DNA of 22,219 nt from a virus (taxonomy: Duplodnaviria; Heunggongvirae; Uroviricota; Caudoviricetes), in IMG/VR virus record IMGVR_UViG_2029527006_000005. The stretch is one strand, 5' to 3'. This document shows positions 8,779 through 16,717 of this stretch, one piece after another. The translations under genes were made by a program, and so were the position numbers. Under the pieces are notes generated by a model. That model made no database searches. It saw only the letters and a list, made by a program, of their open reading frames with translations, and had not been told where the DNA came from. Every line of letters starts with the position of its first letter. The first letter of the stretch is position 1.

Positions 8779-8800
8779 AAGAAAGGCCACATAGTGGCCT
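8779..8800 (-). terminator. intrinsic terminator
   Basis: AGGCCAC-TAT-GTGGCCT-TTCTT just after the stop of 8809-9300. Confidence 0.7.
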
Positions 8801-8808
8801 GATTGTTA

Positions 8809-9300
8809 TTAGGATTTCTTAGATTTGATACCCCACGCTTCAGCAATGCTATCAATCTGTGCTTGCATCTTAACGGGGTCAGCATCTTTTACTTTGTTGT
8901 TCTGGATCTTAGCACTGAAATCATGAGAAGATAGTGCATTAGCCGCTGCAACAGTTTGAGACTTCTTAGTTAAGTACTTACCTTGTGTAAGGAATACTTC
9001 ACAGAAAGCATTCTTACCATCGTAAGCACCTACTGTTTGTACGTCAGTTAAAGTACGATCAATGATGGTAGCTTTAACATATCCAGTACTGAGAAGTGTT
9101 GTGATTACAGTGAAGACTACAACGAAATCCGTATCATCCCAATAGAGTACCCATTTAGTAAAGCCCAACGCGTCTTTCTTTAACTTAATACAGTTAGAGA
9201 AGGTGTAGCTTTTTAGGTTCTGTTCCATTGCGTCAGAGATCGATAGATAACCTTGACGCTTGCTCATAGCAGTGGATAGTTTGGTTGCAACGATATTCAT
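8809..9300 (-). CDS. basic hypothetical protein, apparently monocistronic early gene
   Basis: 163-aa ORF with AAGGAG RBS, flanked by a consensus promoter and a terminator. Confidence 0.8.
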   Translation of the reverse strand: MNIVATKLSTAMSKRQGYLSISDAMEQNLKSYTFSNCIKLKKDALGFTKWVLYWDDTDFVVVFTVITTLLSTGYVKATIIDRTLTDVQTVGAYDGKNAFCEVFLTQGKYLTKKSQTVAAANALSSHDFSAKIQNNKVKDADPVKMQAQIDSIAEAWGIKSKKS

Positions 9301-9325
9301 AATGTCTCCTTCGATTTATAAAAAG

Positions 9326-9354
9326 ATTATACTACTGTTAGTTCAACCTGTCAA
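9326..9354 (-). promoter_or_regulatory. consensus sigma70 promoter
   Basis: TTGACA-17-TATAAT; the -35 overlaps the TGA of the upstream gene. Confidence 0.9.
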
Positions 9355-9833
9355 TGGTAAAGGGCTTTCTTTTGTTTGCTAGATTTTGCATCTTTATTTG
9401 CCGTGCGTTTCATAATCTTAGCAGCTTGCATCATCTGGAAAGCCAACCGTGGAGGAACTAACTTATCGTAACCATTGATTTCAACACTATCATCATTTTG
9501 GAGTGTAAAGCGAATTGTTTTACGCTTAGGTGGTGAAATCTCAAAGTAATTACCCCGATTTTTATCCCACGCCCACGATAAGTTCTCGTCTTTACTAAAG
9601 AACATGCGTAACGCACGTTCCATTGCAGTTAGTAATTCAAAATCCATCTTGGATTTACCACTCTTTAAGAAACAGTTATACATAAAGAATGATTGGAACC
9701 AAATTACAGGGAACAAATACCATCCTTCCTGTGCGGAAACATGGAACGCATACCCAACATGTGGCTGTAAATCAGTCCACGAAAGTACTACACAAAATAA
9801 GACAATGATGCCTAGAATAGCTAAGATACTCAT
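9351..9833 (-). CDS. membrane-associated hypothetical protein
   Basis: N-terminal hydrophobic segments and basic C-terminus. Confidence 0.75.
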   Translation of the reverse strand: MSILAILGIIVLFCVVLSWTDLQPHVGYAFHVSAQEGWYLFPVIWFQSFFMYNCFLKSGKSKMDFELLTAMERALRMFFSKDENLSWAWDKNRGNYFEISPPKRKTIRFTLQNDDSVEINGYDKLVPPRLAFQMMQAAKIMKRTANKDAKSSKQKKALYH

Positions 9834-10033
9834 GATAGCTCCCGAAGGTGAATAATGATTGTGGCTGTGGTTGCAATATCACCGAAGCGATATGCGTGTT
9901 CAATTGAATTGACTACGTACTTAGTTGGTGTACCAGTCATACTGCTTATACTAACTCCGTGACCAATAATAGGTAGTACTTCTACATCGATCTCTTTCTG
10001 ACAATACCCATCAAAATGAAGTTCTACTTTCAT
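9830..10033 (-). CDS. small hypothetical protein
   Basis: 67-aa ORF with ATGA overlaps on both sides. Confidence 0.7.
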   Translation of the reverse strand: MKVELHFDGYCQKEIDVEVLPIIGHGVSISSMTGTPTKYVVNSIEHAYRFGDIATTATIIIHLRELS

Positions 10034-10602
10034 AGTGCTAGTTCCTGTAGTGGTTTAATAATATTAAGTACTGGATAGTTCTCAATCTGAGGACGACCAA
10101 CAGCACCAGTAATTACGGTTTCAAGTGCACGGATATCTTTAACGAAATTGTAACCTTCGAAAGAGATTTCCTGACGGCGTTCATTGTACAACGCCCACAG
10201 TACAATGTCAGCTTTTTTCTCAATCTTTTTCAATTGACGAGTACTGACACAGGGGCCGAAGGTTAACCATGAACCGTACTTAATACCCTTAACTTCAATG
10301 CGTAGACCGTTGACGTACAGATCACATTCAGCTTCCCGGTTTTCGAACTGGAAAGCAGGATCAACATCAAGGGGTTTACCAAGAAGTTCTTCGATTTCAT
10401 TAAAGAGAATCCACGAGGCATGTTCTGCTACCATCCCAACGAAGTGTGCGTGGGGGTGGTTGAAGCCATAAGGAGACTTCGCAGCAGAGGCAATACGTTC
10501 ATATTTCTCTGACTTTGCGATGGCTTTAGCCATGAAGGAATCGGCTTCGTCACTGAATAGCTTGACGGTCATCTTATCATTCTTAATAGTTAAACGGCTC
10601 AT
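10030..10602 (-). CDS. PD-(D/E)XK restriction-endonuclease-fold nuclease
   Basis: GMVAE...ECDLYVNGLRIEVKG fits the E...D...ExK catalytic pattern, followed by ADIVLWALY beta strands. Confidence 0.65.
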   Translation of the reverse strand: MSRLTIKNDKMTVKLFSDEADSFMAKAIAKSEKYERIASAAKSPYGFNHPHAHFVGMVAEHASWILFNEIEELLGKPLDVDPAFQFENREAECDLYVNGLRIEVKGIKYGSWLTFGPCVSTRQLKKIEKKADIVLWALYNERRQEISFEGYNFVKDIRALETVITGAVGRPQIENYPVLNIIKPLQELAL

Positions 10603-10629
10603 TTCTGTACTCCCATTGGAATTTCAATT

Positions 10630-10658
10630 ATTGTACCAAAATTATCATGCTCAGTCAA
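10630..10658 (-). promoter_or_regulatory. sigma70 promoter (proximal)
   Basis: TTGACT-17-TACAAT. Confidence 0.75.
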
Positions 10659-10700
10659 GCACGAAATAAAATATATCGGGTTCTTCCCGATCTATGAAAC

Positions 10701-10728
10701 ATTATACCACAACGGCGTATGAAGTCAA
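10701..10728 (-). promoter_or_regulatory. sigma70 promoter (distal, extended -10)
   Basis: TTGACT-16-TATAAT with TGn, followed by the hairpin ATCGGG-AAGAA-CCCGAT at 10675-10691. Confidence 0.65.
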
Positions 10729-10745
10729 TTTTTCTTTTTTTTGGG

Positions 10746-10751
10746 TAAATA
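10746..10751 (+). promoter_or_regulatory. possible T4-like late promoter core (TAAATA)
   Basis: TAAATA lies ~30 nt before the only plus-strand gene, and no sigma70 -35/-10 pair is evident; a weak 6-mer in AT-rich DNA. Confidence 0.35.
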
Positions 10752-10780
10752 CCATAACATTAATATATTAAGGGGGAAAA

Positions 10781-11920
10781 ATGGCAAGACCAATAGCAGG
10801 GATAAATGACTATCCTTATGGTGTTTGTGGGTTCATTGCTAACGGAGTTCGCTTCCATAATCAGACTACAGCAACTAACTACAGAATTTATAAACAACGT
10901 TCTGATGTTATGTTCGACTTGATAGATCCGAGTACTGAAGTAGTTACCCAGAAGCTATTACTCACTGGCGTTGACATTACTGGTGTTCCTTTAGATTATT
11001 CTTTAACTGATAGCCAATTGGTAAACATGATTCCAAGAAATACTTTCTTCGTTCGTGGTTACAATAACTCTCATACCATTGAAGGTTTCGTTGTTCGTTT
11101 CCTTTATAATAAGAAAATCCTAAGTAACGGAAAAGTACTTTATGATATCTACACTCCTGAGTGTGGAATCCCACCAATTGATATTTCTAACATAATCGTT
11201 AATCCAGTACAAGATGGTGACGTACAAATCACAGGTAACATTATCGTTCCCGGTGGTGTAGTCAACACTAATGATATGGTGATTACCGCAACACTACCTG
11301 ATGGTACAGTACTAAATGGTACAGTCAATCCAGATGGTTCATTTGTATTTGACATTCCTGATGGTGTGCCAGCTACGGGTGACATTGTAATTAAGATTAC
11401 TTCACCAAACTACATAGAGAAAGAAGTAACTATCCCTATCATTCCAGCGGGTGCTGATTCTGATTACGTAACTGAAGTATACGTACCTAGTTCATCACAA
11501 ACTGAGAACGCAGGTGTTTATAGTTCTTCAGTACTACAAAGCGTTCACGGACGTGGAACTGATCTAGTAGTTCAGCTACAAGCTGATAGTACTGATCGTG
11601 TACTATTCGACGCTGATATCAGTGTTGTTGACGGTGACATTACTGTTCAGAAATATGACAACGAACCATACTATATTATCATAATTGGTAAGACGTTGCA
11701 AACTACACCTTATGCACAGGCCATTTCTTGGACTGCTAGTGGCGATGGGTTTGTTTCCAATATTACAGCACTACAACACGGTAAGCAAAACATTTCCGTG
11801 ACAGTGTATGACGGTGATAATGTTAGTACAGTACAAATGACAATCGAAGTAGATGAAGAAGTTGTTCTCAACTCCGATGTTGATTTTGTTGGCAAAATCG
11901 TAATTGCTGGTAAAGCATAA
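10781..11920 (+). CDS. putative virion structural protein with bacterial Ig-like domain and two C-terminal beta-rich repeats
   Basis: 379 aa, GGGGG RBS; Ig-like stretch VQITG...VITATLPDGTVLNGTVNPDGSFVFDIP; two ~55-aa modules HGxxx..V..Y...I(I/V)IxG. Confidence 0.7.
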   Translation: MARPIAGINDYPYGVCGFIANGVRFHNQTTATNYRIYKQRSDVMFDLIDPSTEVVTQKLLLTGVDITGVPLDYSLTDSQLVNMIPRNTFFVRGYNNSHTIEGFVVRFLYNKKILSNGKVLYDIYTPECGIPPIDISNIIVNPVQDGDVQITGNIIVPGGVVNTNDMVITATLPDGTVLNGTVNPDGSFVFDIPDGVPATGDIVIKITSPNYIEKEVTIPIIPAGADSDYVTEVYVPSSSQTENAGVYSSSVLQSVHGRGTDLVVQLQADSTDRVLFDADISVVDGDITVQKYDNEPYYIIIIGKTLQTTPYAQAISWTASGDGFVSNITALQHGKQNISVTVYDGDNVSTVQMTIEVDEEVVLNSDVDFVGKIVIAGKA

Positions 11921-11924
11921 AAAC

Positions 11925-11955
11925 AAAAAGGCGACCTTATAGGCCGCCTTTTTTT
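11925..11955. terminator. bidirectional intrinsic terminator between convergent genes
   Basis: A-run, GGCGACCT-TAT-AGGCCGCC stem, T-run. Confidence 0.85.
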
Positions 11956-11963
11956 ATTCCAAA

Positions 11964-12836
11964 TTATTGACCGTTGAAGTAACGAGCAATGATTTCAGAT
12001 AGAGTCATTTCAACGTTCTGTACGGAGAAGGTATAGATTAGATTCTTATAACCGTCAATTGCACTTTCCGCTTCGTCTTTACCAAACTGTGCTTTGATAG
12101 TTTCGAATAGTGATTGCACACGTTCGTTTTGTAGTGCACCATCAACGAATTCAGAAATGAATTCTTTTAGTTGCTTATCAGTTAGGTCACCAATACGTGG
12201 CTCTAGTGCAGTACCAAATAGTTGCTTGAACTCTTCTACTGATAGTTTCTTAGCACCATGCTCTGCATCAACTTTAACATTCACTGTATTCTCGACAATA
12301 CTAGAAACACCAGTAAAGATACCATCTAGTACACTAGCGAAATCTTTTGTTTTATTCTCTGGCTTTGGGGTTTCTTTCTTTTCATAAACTACTGGATCAT
12401 CTTGAACTTTAGTAGGTTTATTTTCAGGCTGTGCTTTCTCGAAGATACTACGTGCCATTGCGAATAGATCATCTTTTGCATCAAATGCTTTCTCTAGCTT
12501 GCTGTCAATACGGTCTAGAACGGCCTGTACCGCAAGGTCTTGAACTTTATTAGTAGCAGTAGCCCGTAGGGTTCCTAGTACGCCTTGAAGCGATTGTACG
12601 GCTTCCTGTGCAGCATTTAGTACTGAATCAGTCTTGGTTGATTGGGTATCACCAACTGGTGCTTTAGAATTTAGGATATCGGTTAGTTCAGCTAGACCGT
12701 CTTTGGCAGCAGATGCGGAACTGAATGGAACTACAAATGAATCACCCGTTGTACGAATGACTAGTTCTTTACCATCTACCTCTAGACCTTTTACGGTACT
12801 AGCAATGAAACTTACGCTGTGAAATTTAGTAAACAT
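11964..12836 (-). CDS. hypothetical protein (290 aa; small N-terminal domain, helical middle, Lys/Glu/Pro linker)
   Basis: GGAGA RBS, own promoter and terminator. Confidence 0.85.
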   Translation of the reverse strand: MFTKFHSVSFIASTVKGLEVDGKELVIRTTGDSFVVPFSSASAAKDGLAELTDILNSKAPVGDTQSTKTDSVLNAAQEAVQSLQGVLGTLRATATNKVQDLAVQAVLDRIDSKLEKAFDAKDDLFAMARSIFEKAQPENKPTKVQDDPVVYEKKETPKPENKTKDFASVLDGIFTGVSSIVENTVNVKVDAEHGAKKLSVEEFKQLFGTALEPRIGDLTDKQLKEFISEFVDGALQNERVQSLFETIKAQFGKDEAESAIDGYKNLIYTFSVQNVEMTLSEIIARYFNGQ

Positions 12837-12861
12837 ATTTTATCTCCATTTGTTGACTTCT

Positions 12862-12899
12862 TTATTATATCACATAAATCGTGATTTGTCTCAAGATTT
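12862..12899 (-). promoter_or_regulatory. extended -10 promoter with ATCAC-N7-GTGAT dyad; near-copy of 19572-19609
   Basis: GAGACA-17-TATAAT with TGn. Confidence 0.75.
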
Positions 12900-13220
12900 T
12901 TTCATCTCTTGAAAAATATAATGTACATTCGCTAGGTCATTGAGGGTGAAGCCAAAATCCTGTGTGTACATAAGGGTGTGGTAAAAGTAATGGGATGGGT
13001 GTTCTACTTCCTCTTCACGGATGTAGATTCCAAATTCAGTACAAGCAAATTGAATGCTATCTCTTCCATTTTCTTTAGAAAAGAATAGTAGTACTTGGTC
13101 GAACGAACTAGGATCAAACTTTAAACGATATGATGTAGTACCTACTTTGTACTCTTTACCGTTCTTGAACTCTGATAAACCTTGGACGTAATTATTCACT
13201 GTCTGTGTTATCTTCTGCAT
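12891..13220 (-). CDS. hypothetical protein, possible divergent member of the EEEYFQ family
   Basis: Start moved to ATG 13220 (MQKITQ..., GAAGG RBS); SHYFYHTLMYTQDFGFTLNDL only weakly matches the family motif. Confidence 0.7.
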   Translation of the reverse strand: MQKITQTVNNYVQGLSEFKNGKEYKVGTTSYRLKFDPSSFDQVLLFFSKENGRDSIQFACTEFGIYIREEEVEHPSHYFYHTLMYTQDFGFTLNDLANVHYIFQEMKKS

Positions 13221-13677
13221 AAGCACCTTCTCTAAATCCACCAATAGCATATTTGTTAGACATGTTTTTGATGTACAATTCAAATAACTGTTTGATACCT
13301 TCCTCGATTTCTTCATCGCAGTACATATCATCTAAGCACATTAGTTGGAAATATTCTTCCTCAGACTTAGCACGTTTTAAACTAATTCCAGATGATAACC
13401 AATCAATAGAAATAGAATCTCTTAAACATTTCACTGTAGTGAAATTGCGGTTATCTTTTAATTCAAAACCATTTTCATGAAAATACAAAGTTATGCTATT
13501 TAATTTACCATAATCTTCTAATTCCATAATAGCACGAACAATTACAGTTAGTGCTCGTTCTTTCATTTTGGGAATATCTTCAACTATAATTTCAGTTACT
13601 GAACGCCCTCGGTGTCCTTGTGGTCCAGATATTGAACCATAATGATGTTGGCTATTGAACCCCATTCCACCCACCAA
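13192..13677 (-). CDS. EEEYFQ-family hypothetical protein (start uncertain: 13677, 13665 or 13566)
   Basis: SEEEYFQLMCLDD motif. Confidence 0.75.
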   Translation of the reverse strand: MVGGMGFNSQHHYGSISGPQGHRGRSVTEIIVEDIPKMKERALTVIVRAIMELEDYGKLNSITLYFHENGFELKDNRNFTTVKCLRDSISIDWLSSGISLKRAKSEEEYFQLMCLDDMYCDEEIEEGIKQLFELYIKNMSNKYAIGGFREGAYAEDNTDSE

Positions 13678-14029
13678 TATTCAATGCGTTAACAATACTT
13701 CTGAAATGGATCTCAAAGCAATCTTTGATTAGTAGCTCAATTGTTTCATCACAACCAATCTCACCAGTACAAGAGGATTGAAAGTATTCTTCTTCACATA
13801 AGTAACGTGGGAAGGTATAAGAAGATGCAGGGGTGAATAGCATTACCTGTAACTCATTTACCACCATTCCGATACCCTTACGGGAATCATTGATTTCAAT
13901 CTTACGTGGACCGATACTGTAAGAATACCCCTTCGTTCTGCCAGTACTTTTATAGTTCTCAACAAAACCAGTTAAGTGCTGTACAAGAGCATTGTATTGT
14001 AGCATATCAGGAGAAGGATTGTTTGACAT
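13652..14029 (-). CDS. EEEYFQ-family hypothetical protein
   Basis: CEEEYFQSSCTGE motif. Confidence 0.75.
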   Translation of the reverse strand: MSNNPSPDMLQYNALVQHLTGFVENYKSTGRTKGYSYSIGPRKIEINDSRKGIGMVVNELQVMLFTPASSYTFPRYLCEEEYFQSSCTGEIGCDETIELLIKDCFEIHFRSIVNALNIGGWNGVQ

Positions 14030-14315
14030 TAGTTAGTAACTCCTGTGCTTCACGTTTCTGACGGAAGATAGTAAAGACACCTTCACCGTCACCAAGTGTA
14101 TTAGCATAAGGTAAATTCTTTTTGGTATCGTAGACAACAAAACCCCAATAATCACCACGTTCGCTATACCAAGGACGAAGATTAAAACGTTCGTTGGACC
14201 CATTCTTTTCTCTGTATAGCTTGTACTCACAGCTTTGACAACGCAAAATGCACCAGTACCGAATCGCCATACAAATAACGATAGTTGTACAAATAATATA
14301 TAGTGCTGAAATCAT
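14007..14315 (-). CDS. small membrane-anchored hypothetical protein
   Basis: N-terminal hydrophobic helix. Confidence 0.7.
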   Translation of the reverse strand: MISALYIICTTIVICMAIRYWCILRCQSCEYKLYREKNGSNERFNLRPWYSERGDYWGFVVYDTKKNLPYANTLGDGEGVFTIFRQKREAQELLTNVKQSFS

Positions 14316-14722
14316 TTCTTTTGGATCTCCTTCACATAGTAATTGATAGCTTCTACTAAACCAAACCCATTCATACCAGAACCATTAATTGATACATTGT
14401 AATCAATCATGATCTTTGTTTCAGTTCCATCTTCATTGTACTTAGTCCACATAGTACCATCACGATGTAAAGTGACGTTGTTGTTTAAGATGAAATCAAA
14501 CATCTGTTCTTTTGTTAGTTCATCTTTCCAAATAGTTACTTCATGGCGTACTCCATCATGAGTACTGCTACCAGTGCGTTCACCAATGTAGTACTGAGTC
14601 ATGATTTCAAAATCTAAATCATCATCGATGTGAATGGTTTCATCAGTAATAATTGATTGTATCACAACACCAGTCTTGTCGTCAACCCAACGTTCATTCA
14701 ATTTTAATTTTAGTTCAGCCAT
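14312..14722 (-). CDS. hypothetical protein
   Basis: 136-aa ORF with GGAGG RBS. Confidence 0.8.
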   Translation of the reverse strand: MAELKLKLNERWVDDKTGVVIQSIITDETIHIDDDLDFEIMTQYYIGERTGSSTHDGVRHEVTIWKDELTKEQMFDFILNNNVTLHRDGTMWTKYNEDGTETKIMIDYNVSINGSGMNGFGLVEAINYYVKEIQKK

Positions 14723-14736
14723 GATAACCTCCGATT

Positions 14737-14759
14737 AAAAATGGCACGGAAACGTGCCA
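14737..14759 (-). terminator. intrinsic terminator
   Basis: TGGCACG-TTTC-CGTGCCA-TTTTT after the AAA ATPase stop. Confidence 0.8.
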
Positions 14760-14764
14760 ATGTG

Positions 14765-16016
14765 TTACTTCGTTTTAAGTGCAGAAATAAATGCCGTAAA
14801 ATCTTCACGGTGTTCGAGATATAGGGATTGTAAATCGCAACCCGCTACTGTGTCAAACTCTTTCTGTGGTACTTCTTTTTCTGGGTACATTAGTTTAATG
14901 TACTCTTTGACTTCTGCATCTTCAAGATATGGGATCTCGAAGGTATAATCAACACGCCCTTTACGGGTCATCGCTGCGTCAATTTTCTCTAAATGGTTAG
15001 TGGTTAGGAACACCACTGTATCATCTAATGATACTACACCGTCAAGTACGTTTAGTACTTTAGATAGTGATAGTACTTCCATTAGTTCTGCCATCCCATT
15101 AGTGTTGTCGTTTTCATCCTCTCTGGAATGAAGTGCACGACATGAGTCAAAATCTTCGATTAGTACAATACTGTTCTTAGGTACAGAAGCCATTGTCTTT
15201 TTCGAAAGTCATGTTGCTCATTGTGGTAATATCAATAATGCAAATGTTTTTCTTGAAGTGAGAAGCAAGTGCTTTAATTGTACTACTTTTACCTGTACCC
15301 GGTAGACCATGAAGGATATAGGTTTGCTTGTATGATAGGCCACGTTTTACGTACCAATCGCGATTGGCGTAGAAGTACTCTAAGTTGCTTACCAATTCGT
15401 CTTTGATATCTTTGCGTAGAATAACGGATTCTAGTGGACGTTTGTTTACACGAGAAATTTCATTCCATTCTTCTTTGTAGTTAAAGATACTTAGATCAGT
15501 TTCTTTTGGTTTAACAGCAAAGTCTTCTACTAACGCAATTAGTGGTTTTTGATTGCGGCCTAGTGTTTTGATAATAATATTTTGTTTCTCTTTCTCGGAA
15601 CCAGAACTTTGTAGAGTTCCTTTCGAGAACCAGAATAGACGTTTCTTGTAGAAGAAGAAGTGTGTTCCGTAACCTGCACCAATTACATAGGTCTTAGCTA
15701 GTGCTTTACTATCATCGTCATCATCATCCCATCTGCGATGGAATTTACCATCTAGTGAAAGATAGCGTGACCATTTCGCATATGGACTTTTAAGATACCA
15801 ATCCATGAATGCTAAAAAGTGTGCTTCATTACCACTCCAACCAGCGTTGTTCAATTCAAGAGTGGTAATACTTTGACTGTATAGGAAGTTCCATACAGTA
15901 GGAATAAAACGTACTAGATACGTTACTACAGCCGCCCCATATAATGTATAAAGACCAACCATCCAAGGATAGTCTTTCATCATTTGACTAAAAAATGACA
16001 TGTACTCCGTGATCAT
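14765..16016 (-). CDS. BCS1-like AAA ATPase (TM + BCS1_N + AAA), split by a 1-nt frameshift at ~15198-15202
   Basis: GYGTHFFFYK, KTLGRN, KRPLESVIL, WYVKRG, GLPGTGKSS (Walker A) in 15177-16016. IVLIEDFD (Walker B), LNVLDG, FLTTNH, RKGRVD (Arg finger) in 14765-15193. Removing one A from GAAAAAG joins them as ...TFEKTMASVPKNS. Confidence 0.88.
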
Positions 16017-16255
16017 TCTTTCTCCCCTGCCTTATCAATTAGACGTAAAAATTTAGTAATATAATCCGGGTGTATATCCTTACCGTTGAACGGAATAGAT
16101 AGATGTTCTACTGCACCCTCAACCCTGAACACATGATGTGTACTGCCATTTGATACGCACGTAATACCACAACGTGCAGCAATCACTTTCAGCTTAGGAA
16201 TGGTCCAGTTGCGTTTGTTACGACGCATTTTTTCAATCGCCTTATCACATTTCAT
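16013..16255 (-). CDS. hicA: HicA-like toxin (dsRBD-fold mRNA interferase family)
   Basis: 80 aa, basic, NGSTHHVF...LSIP...IHPDYITKFL fits the HicA pattern; GAGGTG RBS before ATG 16255. Confidence 0.75.
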   Translation of the reverse strand: MKCDKAIEKMRRNKRNWTIPKLKVIAARCGITCVSNGSTHHVFRVEGAVEHLSIPFNGKDIHPDYITKFLRLIDKAGEKE

Positions 16256-16263
16256 TATGCACC

Positions 16264-16680
16264 TCATTTTATGCCATGTTTGATTTTCTTCTCCACGTAT
16301 TTTTGTGAAATACTCTTAAGTACTGCGAGATGCTCGTACTTAAAATTAGTTGTCATTGGATATACTGTTGGTAAACAATCAAAGTATGATCGCTCTATGT
16401 CGAATTCAATCACGAAGTCTTCATTCCATGTATTAGTTCTACGTGTTAAATCCCATGTATTCAAGATAAATTCAGTTTCACTATACAAATCTATTAGCAT
16501 AGTATATCGGTCTTGTGGTGGGAACCATTCAATTCGCATGGATCGTGAATCCATCCCATAGCCTATATTAAAAGATACTTCCATTTGAGTTTTTTCTATT
16601 TTAACTCTATGGTGGTATATGGGTTCAAAGAATGCATTAAAATCTTTATCTACGCTCTTAAGTGCTTTTAGAAGTGACAT
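16264..16680 (-). CDS. hypothetical protein, possible divergent EEEYFQ-family member
   Basis: IERSYFDCLPTVYP followed by an amphipathic helix. Confidence 0.75.
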   Translation of the reverse strand: MSLLKALKSVDKDFNAFFEPIYHHRVKIEKTQMEVSFNIGYGMDSRSMRIEWFPPQDRYTMLIDLYSETEFILNTWDLTRRTNTWNEDFVIEFDIERSYFDCLPTVYPMTTNFKYEHLAVLKSISQKYVEKKIKHGIK

Positions 16681-16696
16681 AGGTTTCCTTAATATT

Positions 16697-16712
16697 GGGG
16701 AGTTTCCTCCCC
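16697..16712 (-). other. GNRA-tetraloop hairpin without U-tract (mRNA processing or stability element?)
   Basis: GGGGAG-GAAA-CTCCCC between a stop codon and the next RBS. Confidence 0.55.
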
Positions 16713-16717
16713 TTAAA

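Noticed and set aside
10977-11895. Minus-strand ORFs inside the Ig-like gene, and alternate-frame ORF 14033-14230
   Set aside because: They are nested in a longer, better-supported CDS with no independent signals.
12870-12886. CRP site in the TCACA/GTGA-containing promoter spacers
   Set aside because: The half-sites are in the inverted arrangement relative to TGTGA-N6-TCACA.
15190-15210. Programmed -1 ribosomal frameshift in the BCS1-like gene
   Set aside because: The join needs a +1 shift, and the run is A5G, not the A-AAA-AAG dnaX/IS motif; a homopolymer error is simpler.
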